A DNA stretch of 64,000 bases from sequence record OK322699.1. The stretch is one strand, 5' to 3'. The stretch comes from Escherichia phage Sa157lw. Every line of letters begins with the position of its first letter. The stretch's first letter is position 1. The translations under genes were made by a program, and so were the position numbers. Positions 30,103 to 40,705 of this stretch are shown one piece after another. Below the pieces are notes generated by a model. That model saw only the letters and a program-made list of their open reading frames with translations, did no database searches and was not told the origin of the DNA.

Positions 30103-30681
30103 TTATAGACCAAATTTACCGCGCCATTTCTGTACTTTGTGTTCAATGGCATGCTCAACTTTGACTATGGTGCTTTTTAGATTATGGTTGTGATCACAAG
30201 CCAGTTTGGCAGTGTGTCGGATGACACCATTTACCAAATCGGCCAGATTATCATCTGTTCTTTGTGGTTGGTTGAGTAATCTGGTAATGCGACCTTTGTA
30301 GTGGTTGATCATCGCTAGTTGCTCGTCCAAACTATCAACCCCACCACAGAACCAATAATCTTCTAAGGTGTGTTGTGTGAGGTCACTTGTACAGTTGGCC
30401 CGAGACAGAGAGAACACGATCGAATCAAATATCTCGTCTTTGTTCATAGAGCCGTATTGTTGAATATGCTGATATTCACAAACATACAACAAGTCCAGTG
30501 CTGAAATAATAACGTCTGCCACTTCACCATTCAGAGGTTCTGAAGCAGAAATTTCATATAACACGTCAGACAATTCGCAAGTTTCTTCAACAAGTTTACA
30601 GAACACAAATACAGATGGGCGATTCGGTTCTTTCTGGCTGAGTTCATAAGATGTTTCTAAGATGCGACGAATAAATTTCAT
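30103..30681 (-). CDS. hypothetical protein
   Basis: 192-aa ORF. Confidence 0.4.
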   Translation of the reverse strand: MKFIRRILETSYELSQKEPNRPSVFVFCKLVEETCELSDVLYEISASEPLNGEVADVIISALDLLYVCEYQHIQQYGSMNKDEIFDSIVFSLSRANCTSDLTQHTLEDYWFCGGVDSLDEQLAMINHYKGRITRLLNQPQRTDDNLADLVNGVIRHTAKLACDHNHNLKSTIVKVEHAIEHKVQKWRGKFGL

Positions 30682-31130
30682 TTCAAATATCCTTCTAAGC
30701 GAAAGCGGTTAATATGATGGATTATAAAATCCATAGAAGATTGAAAACTATATTTCCCCTGATGCTCATATGCATGAATAAGGGGAAGTCGGCTGTGAGC
30801 CAATTGGAATCGCAGTCTTGGTGGCATAGACAACAACTTGGCTGATGTCGCCGCAATAATACGAGAACGCAATATGGGGGAATCTGAATCAACGAGAGGG
30901 ATTTGTATTTTACCCAAATCCAATCCATACTTCTTGGCTTCATAACCACTCAGATGCCGAAGAGCATCATCGCGATATTTTATCCAGTACCAATAACCCT
31001 CGATAGAATCGAAGTGCCCGTCCAGGGTTTCAATCGGATGATGGGTAAAATGCGATAGGAATTTTCCCAGATCAGTCCGGCTTTGGCTGTATATGTTGTA
31101 ATGATTGACACCCTCAGTTATAGGCGTCAT
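30678..31130 (-). CDS. hypothetical protein
   Basis: Start placed at internal ATG (MTPITEG). Confidence 0.35.
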   Translation of the reverse strand: MTPITEGVNHYNIYSQSRTDLGKFLSHFTHHPIETLDGHFDSIEGYWYWIKYRDDALRHLSGYEAKKYGLDLGKIQIPLVDSDSPILRSRIIAATSAKLLSMPPRLRFQLAHSRLPLIHAYEHQGKYSFQSSMDFIIHHINRFRLEGYLK

Positions 31131-31203
31131 CGCTTTCTTTGAAACATTCAGTAATATAAGCATGATATAGAGTCTCAAATCAAAATTGCTGTGTGTAATC
31201 AGG

Positions 31204-31395
31204 TCAAATCTTTTTATATGCTTTCAGGGTACAGATAATAGAGACGCCGCCAAATAGAACGAGCAATATGAATCGTTCCATCCTAAAATCAGGAAGGGAA
31301 AGCAGTCCCACAAGGCTGTCTAAAGCAATCATGAACGTTACTCCAGTCAGCATGCCCAACTTAAAGGAGTTGGAACCTCTTTTGCAACGTAGCAT
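31204..31395 (-). CDS. small membrane protein
   Basis: 63 aa, two hydrophobic helices. Confidence 0.3.
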   Translation of the reverse strand: MLRCKRGSNSFKLGMLTGVTFMIALDSLVGLLSLPDFRMERFILLVLFGGVSIICTLKAYKKI

Positions 31396-31442
31396 AAATC
31401 ACCTCCGATTCAAATGGGGAGTTTCCTCCCCATACAAATTAT

Positions 31443-31946
31443 CTAGCCCAGAAACACTACTAAAGTCAAATTTGTAAAGCAGCTGCGATTATCTTTTAAC
31501 ATTTGATGGGCAGCGGAAAGGCGCTTAGCATCATGCAGAGTATCTGAAAACACGATGATATTGGCCTTGTCGATTTTGGTTCCCATAAAATTGGCCATGG
31601 TCGACGTTTTCTCTTTTCGATCAAATTTTTCATACTGCTCCCCTGTGGTTACATTTTTCGATTGAGTGAAAAACGTATCACGTTCACGAGCAGTGTGAAA
31701 TACACCGAATACGTCGATTTCATTTTCAATTTGGAATTTTTCAGAAAGGAGTTTCTTTAACGCCGCAGTGTGACCAGTCTGGCGAAGCATTCGATAGTAG
31801 AGCATACTCCCACTGTCTGCGGGATCAAGGTCGTGACGAATCCGGCGATCTTTTTGAATTTCATACGCATCTAGAACCAATTGTTGTAGCATTTCAATAT
31901 GCGCATTAAGGGATACTTCTACTTTTCGTTTAACTAAAGATTTCAT
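31443..31946 (-). CDS. hypothetical protein
   Basis: 167-aa ORF. Confidence 0.4.
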   Translation of the reverse strand: MKSLVKRKVEVSLNAHIEMLQQLVLDAYEIQKDRRIRHDLDPADSGSMLYYRMLRQTGHTAALKKLLSEKFQIENEIDVFGVFHTARERDTFFTQSKNVTTGEQYEKFDRKEKTSTMANFMGTKIDKANIIVFSDTLHDAKRLSAAHQMLKDNRSCFTNLTLVVFLG

Positions 31947-32009
31947 TGTTGGAGCCTCGAATTTACGTTCCGCTCATGGGGAACATAAAAATTATACCCT
32001 TAGACACAA

Positions 32010-32034
32010 CAATGAAAAAGAGGCCGAAGCCTCT
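32010..32034 (-). terminator. rho-independent terminator
   Basis: AGAGGC-CGAA-GCCTCT hairpin plus U-run on minus strand. Confidence 0.5.
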
Positions 32035-32256
32035 TTAATCGTCATATTTGCCTGTCCTGAAATTCCATTTCCTGGCCTTGGATAGGTCAAGATCTTTGAA
32101 TATATTACCGAAGATCTTTTTAAACCCTGACTCTTCTTCAAGATCTTTCGGTCTCTTGACAGGTTCTTGAACCATACCGCCTTCGGGTTTCCCCACATCA
32201 GCGGTAGTGGTGGCCGGAGCCGAAGAGTCTTCTAGGTAATCCTGGAAGCTCTTCAT
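32035..32256 (-). CDS. hypothetical protein
   Basis: 73-aa ORF. Confidence 0.3.
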   Translation of the reverse strand: MKSFQDYLEDSSAPATTTADVGKPEGGMVQEPVKRPKDLEEESGFKKIFGNIFKDLDLSKARKWNFRTGKYDD

Positions 32257-32259
32257 AGA

Positions 32260-33081
32260 TTACACCACAGCCAGTTCACAACGGGCGGAAGTTACAGAAT
32301 GGCCGTCCGCGTCTTCTACAACACACCAGTACTCACCCTCAGAAGCAGCGGTGACAGCGTGGTTGACCAGAGACGCAGTCGCTGCTGTTGGGTTAACACC
32401 AGCATCAATCACCACACCTTCGCCGCCAGGGGTGTCAGAGAAATACCACACATAAGAGTACGGCGCGGTGCCGCCAGCAGCAACGATAGTGAATGTCGCA
32501 TCAGCGCCGTCGGCCACGTCCTGAGAAGCAGCCAGATCGGTTGTCAACGACAACAGTCCTGCGATGGTAATGACGGTAGAATCGGTGTGATTTCCTTCTA
32601 CAGTAACACCATAAACTGTAACAGAACCAGACTGAAGCAGTTTGAATTTACCACCGCCGATATGGATCGCCTTCGTCAGGTCGCCAGAATACCAGTTCAC
32701 TCCTTGATATGTTGCGTTCACAGGAGCAACAGTGGCCAGCAATTCAACGATTTGGCCTATTTCCCCGCTGGCCGTAGCCGGAGTAATGGTCAGACCTGTG
32801 GTAAGAACAGCAGTCGGATCATGGATTTCATAAGAAACCTGGAAACCTACTGGCTTGGTCGGATCAACTTTGGTGACACCGTCCGCTTGCAGATTACTTT
32901 TGGTCAGCAACGCATCAAGACCTTTACATTCGGTCAGGATCTCATCAGGATCTTGATTTAGGCTGGTTTTTTGCCAACCCTTTGCAACACCCGTCACGAC
33001 ATGATTGCGTTCGGTTTCCGGTTTGTTGCGGACAACTTCCGGCGCGACTAATACTGTGATTGTTGGCATGGTTTCCTCCAC
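32260..33081 (-). CDS. Ig-like domain protein (Hoc-like capsid decoration?)
   Basis: Tandem Ig-like signatures ending EGEYWCVVEDADGHSVTSARCELAV. Confidence 0.5.
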   Translation of the reverse strand: MEETMPTITVLVAPEVVRNKPETERNHVVTGVAKGWQKTSLNQDPDEILTECKGLDALLTKSNLQADGVTKVDPTKPVGFQVSYEIHDPTAVLTTGLTITPATASGEIGQIVELLATVAPVNATYQGVNWYSGDLTKAIHIGGGKFKLLQSGSVTVYGVTVEGNHTDSTVITIAGLLSLTTDLAASQDVADGADATFTIVAAGGTAPYSYVWYFSDTPGGEGVVIDAGVNPTAATASLVNHAVTAASEGEYWCVVEDADGHSVTSARCELAVV

Positions 33082-33440
33082 TCATCCAAATCGTTGTTCA
33101 GAGCCATCATCAGCTCGTTATCTGGTTCGTATGAACCGGAACATAAATCATCTCTCCAAACTCCTAACGTCAACAGCGCTGCCTTTAGACGAGGATGTTG
33201 GTTCTTATCCGTTTTCAACACCAGCATTCGACACACAGCTTCAGTTTCGAAAGTATTGAAAAGAATAATCAATTGATTGATAAGCACACGAGGACTTTTC
33301 CCTGGCACAAATCTCTTCAATGATTGATTAATTAGCGAAATTCGCTGAATGTCTACCATCAAATCATCCCGTGAGACACCAGCAGTGATATAGTGTCTCA
33401 GGGCATATTCCATCAAATTGCTTTCGTCAACGATAGCCAT
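33048..33440 (-). CDS. hypothetical protein
   Basis: 130-aa ORF. Confidence 0.35.
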   Translation of the reverse strand: MAIVDESNLMEYALRHYITAGVSRDDLMVDIQRISLINQSLKRFVPGKSPRVLINQLIILFNTFETEAVCRMLVLKTDKNQHPRLKAALLTLGVWRDDLCSGSYEPDNELMMALNNDLDEWRKPCQQSQY

Positions 33441-33472
33441 ATTGAATTATAATCAGCAGTTATACACTGGGA

Positions 33473-33886
33473 TTATTTAATCTGGAGTTTTTCAGTCAAT
33501 TGAGAAATAATTTCATTCCGGTCGGTAGAAACAATCCCCAAAGGTTCGGCCAATGTTTTAAGATCATTGATGTCGAGCAAAAGAAGGACTTCAACCGTAA
33601 TATCTGTCGATACCACAGTGCCTGGTTTCATAGGCTTACCGAACTTGTCTAGCCCATATCGACGTAAAGTACCCGCCAGCCCCGTAAGTTCCGCGAGAAG
33701 CTCTTTCGTGCCGTCTTTGTATTCACAGACCCAACCGTAGTCACCAGCATAAACAATGCCGCCGTCGCCACCCTGAGGGATGTTATCCACCACACGCTGA
33801 AGATAACTTGGAAGTTTGTTTTCTTCCTGGGCGGTGATTTCCTGGGACGTTTGGGTATTTTCAATTTTCTTTGGTGTCTTCGCCAT
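33473..33886 (-). CDS. hypothetical protein
   Basis: Start at MAKTPKK with AGGAG RBS. Confidence 0.4.
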   Translation of the reverse strand: MAKTPKKIENTQTSQEITAQEENKLPSYLQRVVDNIPQGGDGGIVYAGDYGWVCEYKDGTKELLAELTGLAGTLRRYGLDKFGKPMKPGTVVSTDITVEVLLLLDINDLKTLAEPLGIVSTDRNEIISQLTEKLQIK

Positions 33887-34160
33887 GATCAGTTCTCCTA
33901 TAGACTGTAATGTATTTACCACAGCAATTGCAGCAATAAACGTGCATGGAATATCCGTCGTCATTGAAATCACACCCACCACAACGACAGAACAATTTCA
34001 CAAACTGGTCACCACTGACTTCTCTTGGAGGAAAATTCTTAAACGAGTATTCTCTGAGTTCACCCTCAAATTGGAATGAATCAACAAGGAACTTTGTTTT
34101 TCGGCGCAGTGATCCAAATGCCTGTTGCTCATACACGAAGTAAACATCTCTGGTTTCCAT
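33861..34160 (-). CDS. Cys-rich zinc-finger-like protein
   Basis: CRCGGC...CCNCCGK. Confidence 0.4.
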   Translation of the reverse strand: METRDVYFVYEQQAFGSLRRKTKFLVDSFQFEGELREYSFKNFPPREVSGDQFVKLFCRCGGCDFNDDGYSMHVYCCNCCGKYITVYRRTDHGEDTKEN

Positions 34161-34164
34161 ATTA

Positions 34165-34195
34165 ACCTCAAAGAAAAGGAGGCCGAAGCCCCCTC
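34165..34195 (-). terminator. hairpin terminator candidate
   Basis: GGAGGC-CGAA-GCCCCC imperfect hairpin plus U-run downstream of rIIB. Confidence 0.4.
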
Positions 34196-34213
34196 TTTTA
34201 TGTCAGTTCGCGG

Positions 34214-35797
34214 TTACTTGTACAGACCGTCAACGTCAATAGATTTATGTTGGCGGTTGTATTCCGTGGTGTAGTCATCCAACACGAGATATTCACAGCA
34301 GCGGATTTTACTAGAACCGTAATCATCAGTGATAGACACGATGTCTTTCGGGTTCAGCTTACAACGCACAACCCGCTGGCCCAGGCTACCGAAACATTGT
34401 TTCAGATACGCCAGAGAACAAACGTGAAGACCATAGGAGCACAGGTCTTTGTTGTTATCGTTCACGAATGAGCGAGCCATCCGGACGATAGTGCCAGGTG
34501 CGTTACTGACTTTACCTGTGCGCTTATCCATATAATTTCCGCGAACGGATTTGTATAGAATAATGTCGCCGTCTTCATGAATCTCAATGTCTGAGTATGC
34601 CATGAATTCATAGATCCGACCAGACTGAACCAGCGCGGCGCTCGGGTTTTGGAACATCTTGTCAAGGAAACGGCCCAAGCGTTCCAAGTTCGGATAATCG
34701 CCTTTTAATGCCAAAGCCAAAATGCGTTTGGCAACGGAAGTTCCGGTGATATCATAGCCACCCCAGCGAACACGGTTGTCTGAAAGATCAACCATGCCTG
34801 TAGTGAATTGTTTGATGGCTTCACGCGGTTTCATCAGAGTGTAAGCTGTTTTGACGTCACGATTTTTAATCGCTTCAACAATACGGTCATACGCCTGGTG
34901 GCTCGTTGTGATCGTTTCCGGTTTACCATCGACCACAATCACGATACTTTCCGGCAAAATCATGATCTGGTGTTCGTTCAGGAACACAGACAGTTCTTTT
35001 TCATTAAATGAATTCTGAGTTTGCTTGTCGCCTGTTTCTTCAACAACTGCAACCGTCTTGACCACGAATAATACGGATGACAATGCCAGACGAAGTGTAC
35101 GGCCTAAAATTGCATCAAAGTAACCCACGCGCCGACGGGCATCAAGGGAACCGCGCATCGGATATGTTTCACCGTCATGCTGTACGCTGATTTTCACACC
35201 ATCATTGACTTTAACCACGCCATCAACCAATGCAGTAGCCAGTTCTGCTAACGGCGAAATATTTTCTTCATTGAAGCGGCTTGACCGAGTTTCTAACGGT
35301 TTCAGTTCTTCGCTTCTGAAAAGTTTGGCCTGAATAGCAGCAGAGCTATCATAACGCATACAGATAAACACTGTTTGGTTTTCCAGGAAACGGCCAACAT
35401 ACCATTCTTCGCCTTCAGAATCGACAGACACCGAACCTTCCAGAACTTCATAGGTGTCGGGGATTTTGCCTTCTTCAGTCAATTCTTTAATTGGCGAAAT
35501 CACGACCACGTTATTAGATTCTTTGATGATACGAACCATCAGGGCACGGGCAATTGTTTTGGCACTGACACCATAAACTGATGCCAGAGAAGAATTGCTT
35601 TCACCTTTGCTGCTCTTGGTTTGTATTTCTTGAATCTGTTCAGTGGTCAGAGACTTAATCGAAGCCGGATCCACTCCCAGTTCTTTATCCGACACGCGTT
35701 GTATCATTGAGCGCGGTACGCCCAATTCACTGGCTATTGAACTTTGACTTCTGTTCTCATTCAACAGCTTGAGAATACGTTTTTCTATAGCATTCAT
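34214..35797 (-). CDS. rIIB: rIIB protein
   Basis: C-terminus CSYGLHVCSLAYLKQCFGSLGQRVVRCKLNPKDIVSI matches T4 rIIB CSRGLHVCSKSYIRHFGSSTSRVVKVKVHPRDVVSI; N-terminal HTH. Confidence 0.85.
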   Translation of the reverse strand: MNAIEKRILKLLNENRSQSSIASELGVPRSMIQRVSDKELGVDPASIKSLTTEQIQEIQTKSSKGESNSSLASVYGVSAKTIARALMVRIIKESNNVVVISPIKELTEEGKIPDTYEVLEGSVSVDSEGEEWYVGRFLENQTVFICMRYDSSAAIQAKLFRSEELKPLETRSSRFNEENISPLAELATALVDGVVKVNDGVKISVQHDGETYPMRGSLDARRRVGYFDAILGRTLRLALSSVLFVVKTVAVVEETGDKQTQNSFNEKELSVFLNEHQIMILPESIVIVVDGKPETITTSHQAYDRIVEAIKNRDVKTAYTLMKPREAIKQFTTGMVDLSDNRVRWGGYDITGTSVAKRILALALKGDYPNLERLGRFLDKMFQNPSAALVQSGRIYEFMAYSDIEIHEDGDIILYKSVRGNYMDKRTGKVSNAPGTIVRMARSFVNDNNKDLCSYGLHVCSLAYLKQCFGSLGQRVVRCKLNPKDIVSITDDYGSSKIRCCEYLVLDDYTTEYNRQHKSIDVDGLYK

Positions 35798-35829
35798 CTT
35801 GTAGTTCTCACTATGGGGTAATGGGGCTA

Positions 35830-38571
35830 TTATGCCCCGAGAATACGTTTTGAAATAGCCTTCACAAATCTAGTGGCATCTTCAATCGCATTATGCGCCG
35901 TTGGCTGATATTTTGACATCATGAATTTCACCAAACGATGACATTCAACTCGGTATCGGTTTTTGGCCTTTTGCTTTTGAGATATAGTGCTAGTGACCTT
36001 TATCTCATCAAATCCTTCAGCAGTTAATTTTTCATTCAATAAATCAACAACTTGAGTTAACTGGTTACAGGCGCGGAAAAATCTCGTAGTTGAGAAAGGC
36101 ATTTCTATACGATAATGTAATTCCTCAACAGCCTTGCGGAAATAACCGTACCCCGATCCAGACGGGTTTCGTTTGGCCAGCATACGAACAACCTTCCATT
36201 CTTCTTCAGTGATTTGTTGTTTCGCATAACCGATGATTGCTTTTGCCCTGTGTTGATGATGAGCATAGCCATCCGTAACTTCTCCATGGGAATCAATCAA
36301 CAGCTTGGCACCATAATCAATGCGATGAGACATGATGTTTATGCCCTTGCGAAGTTTCAGGAGTTTCTTAGATTCAAGCGCCTGAAATTCATCTTTATAA
36401 TGCTCAAGCAACATATCAAACACTGCGTCAATGGGGATGAATACTTCTGGGAATTTCTTCATCATCGGAACAGATTTACGACGCGCAAGAACGATTGTTG
36501 GATGCGCTCCCAGCAAATCAAACATGTTTTCGTTTCCATTCTCGCCGAACTTCGTTCTTTCCATCGCTTCACGCAAATGTCCAGCCGTGGATTGTCGTAA
36601 GGTATTACCATGAATTTTATGGATACCTTCTCGGCCAGATACTTCGATATATACGATCTTTTTGCCTGAATCAATAATATCTGAAACGGTTTTTCCATCC
36701 AATTCATAAACGCTGTCGAAGTTAAATGAATTGTAATGGAAACTAAACATCCCAGGATCTTTTTCAACGGTCGGGCGAACATATTCCATTTCATGCATGA
36801 AATAAACTTCATCCGGATTGAATAAATCGCCAAAAACCTCGATCAGTTTATCGGCAAAGACCAGGTAGTCCGGTGTTGTTTCTTGTACACCGATCCATGA
36901 TTCAAAATAAGACTTCAATTCCTCATGGTTGGTGAATGATTCTTTATGTGCCGCCAGCTGATTCCGATTACTGAAATAATTTTCATTCGGCTTGACGACG
37001 ATAACGACATTGAAGTTATTGCGTGCTGTTTGTATCTTCAGGTTTCGAGCACGATTCGAGTTATCAATAATAACAGCAATTTTTGATTTAGATTTCAACC
37101 AATTTCCGACAGAGTTCACATAAATGCTGTCGTGTACTACACCGTCGTCGTGTACTTCAATTTCGTAAGGACTACCAATAGACCGGAAAGGTGCATCCAC
37201 AGAGTAATCGCGCACGACGTCCGGCGCTCCGATATAACGGAACGTGCCTTTGTAGAAACGGTTATCTGCAGGAAATTCTCGCTCCACTAATTTACGGAAA
37301 CCACTACCGAACATATCGGTCAATTGAGCCTTCTTCATATAAAGCATAAGAGGACCCATAGATTCGGCCTGGCGAAGTTCATACATCTTCGCCTGCATAA
37401 TATTGTCAGCCACATATTTGAACACTCGGTTCAGGCTTTCACGGGTGAACTCGTCATATGACAAGTCTTCACGTGATGGAGGAACATTCAATTCTCCAAG
37501 TTCAAAGAATGTATAGGAACTCGGGAATTTCTCCAGCACCGAACGTATTTCAGAATCCAATTGCTCAAGATCTATCGGATAAGAAACCCCGCCCATAACG
37601 GCATAGTGGGTATTATCAGAATCAGACTTCGGCTGAATATACGTGTTGCCCACACGGTTTTCAAAATTGATGTCCTGCCAGCGGAAAGAATAACTGGCAT
37701 TTTCAACCTTCGGGCGCATTGATGGGCGCATAACTCGACCCAGACGGACCAGTTCTTGTTCAAATGCGGTAAATCGCTGATTCTTTACAGGCACTTTAAC
37801 AGTCAGACCATTGAACTCATCAGTGTCTTCTGGTTTCGGATCACGGGTATCCAAATCCTTGGTGATCAGGTCCACAGTAGGAATCCTGTCCGCATTCAGA
37901 TACATAAGAAAGCGATACAGTTTACCTTCATAACGACTTTCTACAGTAAATGAGTCCGACACTGCAAATGGGGATTTAGAACCCAGCCCGAACGCGCCGA
38001 TCTGCCCGTCGTCGTCCTCTTTGGTGCTGTGGAAGAGTGTGGTGTACAAACCAGGTCCACGGATGATCTCGCCATCCTCAGCGCGGAATACCAACACCCC
38101 ATTGTAATAACCAGGCGTCCCAATAACAGCAGTGCTGTCAGGGATTTCATCTTCCTTCACAACAATGTTGCCTTCGACAAGCACTTCATCTTCCCGCGCT
38201 GCGATAGGTTCCCCGATAATCATTTCTAACGGAAGGCCAATCCCATAATCCTTGATTTCCAACCATGGTTCCATAACATCAGGTAAATGGACCACAACGG
38301 GCGTCCCTTTGGGAGCAAGATGCTTGCTGTATCTTTGGGGCATAGGGGTAAGAGGGGCATAATGGGACGGCAACCAACGCTGTTGGCGATCACGCATATT
38401 ATGCGAGTCTATACCGTTACATAACGTCTCACGCAAAGATGCGGCCTCTTTATATTTGTAGAGACTTGAAAATAATGTTTCAAATAATTTATCCGTCATC
38501 TTGACATTAAATGTCTGTCCGACGATAGTGGAAGAAGAGCGCACGAAATGCTCAGACTTGCGCATTTTCAT
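35830..38571 (-). CDS. rIIA: rIIA protein
   Basis: GHKL-like ATPase motifs; GAFGLGSKSPFAVSDSF matches T4 rIIA GGFGLGSKSPFSYTDTF. Confidence 0.85.
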   Translation of the reverse strand: MKMRKSEHFVRSSSTIVGQTFNVKMTDKLFETLFSSLYKYKEAASLRETLCNGIDSHNMRDRQQRWLPSHYAPLTPMPQRYSKHLAPKGTPVVVHLPDVMEPWLEIKDYGIGLPLEMIIGEPIAAREDEVLVEGNIVVKEDEIPDSTAVIGTPGYYNGVLVFRAEDGEIIRGPGLYTTLFHSTKEDDDGQIGAFGLGSKSPFAVSDSFTVESRYEGKLYRFLMYLNADRIPTVDLITKDLDTRDPKPEDTDEFNGLTVKVPVKNQRFTAFEQELVRLGRVMRPSMRPKVENASYSFRWQDINFENRVGNTYIQPKSDSDNTHYAVMGGVSYPIDLEQLDSEIRSVLEKFPSSYTFFELGELNVPPSREDLSYDEFTRESLNRVFKYVADNIMQAKMYELRQAESMGPLMLYMKKAQLTDMFGSGFRKLVEREFPADNRFYKGTFRYIGAPDVVRDYSVDAPFRSIGSPYEIEVHDDGVVHDSIYVNSVGNWLKSKSKIAVIIDNSNRARNLKIQTARNNFNVVIVVKPNENYFSNRNQLAAHKESFTNHEELKSYFESWIGVQETTPDYLVFADKLIEVFGDLFNPDEVYFMHEMEYVRPTVEKDPGMFSFHYNSFNFDSVYELDGKTVSDIIDSGKKIVYIEVSGREGIHKIHGNTLRQSTAGHLREAMERTKFGENGNENMFDLLGAHPTIVLARRKSVPMMKKFPEVFIPIDAVFDMLLEHYKDEFQALESKKLLKLRKGINIMSHRIDYGAKLLIDSHGEVTDGYAHHQHRAKAIIGYAKQQITEEEWKVVRMLAKRNPSGSGYGYFRKAVEELHYRIEMPFSTTRFFRACNQLTQVVDLLNEKLTAEGFDEIKVTSTISQKQKAKNRYRVECHRLVKFMMSKYQPTAHNAIEDATRFVKAISKRILGA

Positions 38572-38642
38572 AGTATAGAATTCCTATTCAGTTTCAAAGG
38601 GAACACATTATTGGGGTATGGGTATGATACTAGCGGGGGACT

Positions 38643-38670
38643 CAATAGAAAAAGCCTCCAAAAGGAGGCT
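38643..38670 (-). terminator. rho-independent terminator
   Basis: AGCCTCC-AAAA-GGAGGCT hairpin plus U-run on minus strand. Confidence 0.5.
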
Positions 38671-38679
38671 TAATCAGGT

Positions 38680-39033
38680 TTAACTCTGGTCTACATTTAC
38701 AACGGCAGCGTTAAAGTTGAATGTCGGATGGGTAGCGCCTGGCTCTAACGTTTCTTCCAGATAACCTGCGATATTCCGCACCACGGTTTTAGGCTCAGAA
38801 CGTGAAGGCTTCGTTGCTCCAAGTTCAATGATACTGGAAGTAACTTGTTCGACTTGGGTGTGAGCCACAACAAAATGGTAACGACTACCAAACGCCGCCA
38901 CTTCAACTTCTGTAATTTCCAAACCACTCAATTCAGAGCTGCTCAACTGCTTCACATTCAGTTGTGAACGAAGGTGTTCCACAATGTTGCTGTAAACATA
39001 TTGTGGCGTGATCAGCTGTTCAATAGAACTCAT
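38680..39033 (-). CDS. hypothetical protein
   Basis: 117-aa ORF. Confidence 0.4.
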   Translation of the reverse strand: MSSIEQLITPQYVYSNIVEHLRSQLNVKQLSSSELSGLEITEVEVAAFGSRYHFVVAHTQVEQVTSSIIELGATKPSRSEPKTVVRNIAGYLEETLEPGATHPTFNFNAAVVNVDQS

Positions 39034-39233
39034 GACATATCCTCATTTCTTTGGGGGTTATTGTTACTTAACCGGACGACCTCTGCTCGAAGGAAAAGGA
39101 TTTCATCGGCCATTATCTTTCCCTCTTCAAACATCACATGGCAACGTGATAATCTGGGTTCGCCTTCAGATAATGCGTGAAGACGATATTCAGGGATGAC
39201 ATCATTTACGGCGTTTCTTTTTGTTCTTTCCAT
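39030..39233 (-). CDS. small hypothetical protein
   Basis: Internal ATG chosen to limit overlap. Confidence 0.3.
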   Translation of the reverse strand: MERTKRNAVNDVIPEYRLHALSEGEPRLSRCHVMFEEGKIMADEILFLRAEVVRLSNNNPQRNEDMS

Positions 39234-39429
39234 GCGTCTTGGCCTTTTTATGACGACTAACGGAAGGACGGGCATGCCCAGGCTCCCCAGGGGTACAACC
39301 TTGGGCATAACGTTGGTCATCCCAGAGGCGTCCTTTGTAAGACATATCTTCAGCCATCGCGGACAAGGCGAGGGTTGCTACAGCCGCAGCAGATAATGGT
39401 TTAGACATCTGTTTCTCCTTTTGCTGCAT
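39202..39429 (-). CDS. small secreted basic protein
   Basis: Signal-peptide-like SAAAVATLALSAMA and Lys/Arg-rich tail. Confidence 0.3.
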   Translation of the reverse strand: MQQKEKQMSKPLSAAAVATLALSAMAEDMSYKGRLWDDQRYAQGCTPGEPGHARPSVSRHKKAKTHGKNKKKRRK

Positions 39430-39847
39430 ATGCCAGTGCTTTTACAATCATCACGGCCAATCCGATTGGGTCGCACGTACCTTCGAATTCTTGTTCTAAA
39501 ATCTCACGTATTTCATCAGAAGATTGTACTTCGGAGCAGTTCTTGCTCTGTCGACGTTGTTCTTGCTCAACGAGGTCTTTGAACAGAAGGTCTTTGAAAG
39601 AATACTCATCGAAGTTTTCCAGATACTGCTGGATACTTGGTTGTTTCGCATCCATCGTTCTACGCAGATTGCTGATAGTTGAACTCGCCTGTTCGCGGTG
39701 TTTGTTCATAACGGAAAAGTTCACGGGTTTCCCCCAAGCGTTCGTCACTGTGTTGGAACACACTTGTCCGAAGAGATCTTGGAAGGCGTCATCCAGATGA
39801 ATCAGCGCGGCGGCCAGTTCATCATAAGTTGGTTTTTGAGCAGTCAT
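39401..39847 (-). CDS. hypothetical protein
   Basis: 148-aa ORF. Confidence 0.4.
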   Translation of the reverse strand: MTAQKPTYDELAAALIHLDDAFQDLFGQVCSNTVTNAWGKPVNFSVMNKHREQASSTISNLRRTMDAKQPSIQQYLENFDEYSFKDLLFKDLVEQEQRRQSKNCSEVQSSDEIREILEQEFEGTCDPIGLAVMIVKALAYAAKGETDV

Positions 39848-40215
39848 TTTCGTTTATTCCTATTTTTAGATTTCTTGGCTTGACGTTTATGCTGAGCGGC
39901 TCCATACAAGCGCGGAGGCTTTTGATAACGCTGTGAGGCAATTATATCCCTGTAGTCGGCTTCGGCTTCACAGCAAGAAACATCCGTTCTTCGTAATTGC
40001 GCGACCGCTTGTGACACCAGCATTTTACGTTCGCTTTCTACCAGGTCATCACAAATTATCATGCGCTCGCCTGGTTCACAACGACGTTTGGGAATGTCGT
40101 CAACACTGATGCATTCCACCTCAACGCCTTTCAATTTTTCTTGAAGGATGATGGCCATAGTACGAGCGCCCACCCCTCCTCCAATAATTGCAATCTTTCT
40201 TGGCTTGTCAGACAT
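39844..40215 (-). CDS. hypothetical protein with glycine-rich dinucleotide-binding-like motif
   Basis: IAIIGGGVGART; start at internal ATG because the longer N-terminus overlaps a hairpin. Confidence 0.35.
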   Translation of the reverse strand: MSDKPRKIAIIGGGVGARTMAIILQEKLKGVEVECISVDDIPKRRCEPGERMIICDDLVESERKMLVSQAVAQLRRTDVSCCEAEADYRDIIASQRYQKPPRLYGAAQHKRQAKKSKNRNKRK

Positions 40216-40221
40216 ATTACA

Positions 40222-40260
40222 TTCCATAAAAAGAGGATAGAGCAATAATACCCTATCCCC
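40222..40260 (-). terminator. hairpin terminator candidate
   Basis: GGATAG...CTATCC stem with U-run on minus strand. Confidence 0.4.
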
Positions 40261-40276
40261 CTTTATTGAAGAACGA

Positions 40277-40702
40277 TTAGTCTTTGGATTCTACTTTATC
40301 ACCGCGCAGATCCTGGACGGGTTTGCCATCCGGCGACATGATGTAGATGGTGTTAATTGTCTCAAACCAAGACAATTCATCAACTCCTTCAGTGTATGGA
40401 GTTACCGGAACTGAAGTTTTGATATGATCACCAACGTTATTTGGGGCACCATCAGACTTCAGCACTGGCTCCAGGAAGGCGAAACGGCCATTTGGATAAA
40501 TCACCCCGCCTTTGAACATGCGAATCTTCTTACGAGGATTATTCGCCTCACCAAGGCACACCACCAGATGATGGATCATCTCAGGACGGGTAAGCAACGT
40601 GTCGTCACGGATGATCCCCTGTTTGATAGCGGAGATCACCACTTCATCCAACAAAGCCTGTTGCTGTTCCAGAGTCAAAGATTCAGTAAGTTTCACGCTC
40701 AT
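40277..40702 (-). CDS. hypothetical protein
   Basis: 141-aa ORF. Confidence 0.4.
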   Translation of the reverse strand: MSVKLTESLTLEQQQALLDEVVISAIKQGIIRDDTLLTRPEMIHHLVVCLGEANNPRKKIRMFKGGVIYPNGRFAFLEPVLKSDGAPNNVGDHIKTSVPVTPYTEGVDELSWFETINTIYIMSPDGKPVQDLRGDKVESKD

Positions 40703-40705
40703 GGT

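Noticed and set aside
32299-32961. 220-aa plus-strand ORF
   Set aside because: Antisense to the Ig-domain Hoc-like gene; Arg/Ser-rich, typical shadow ORF.
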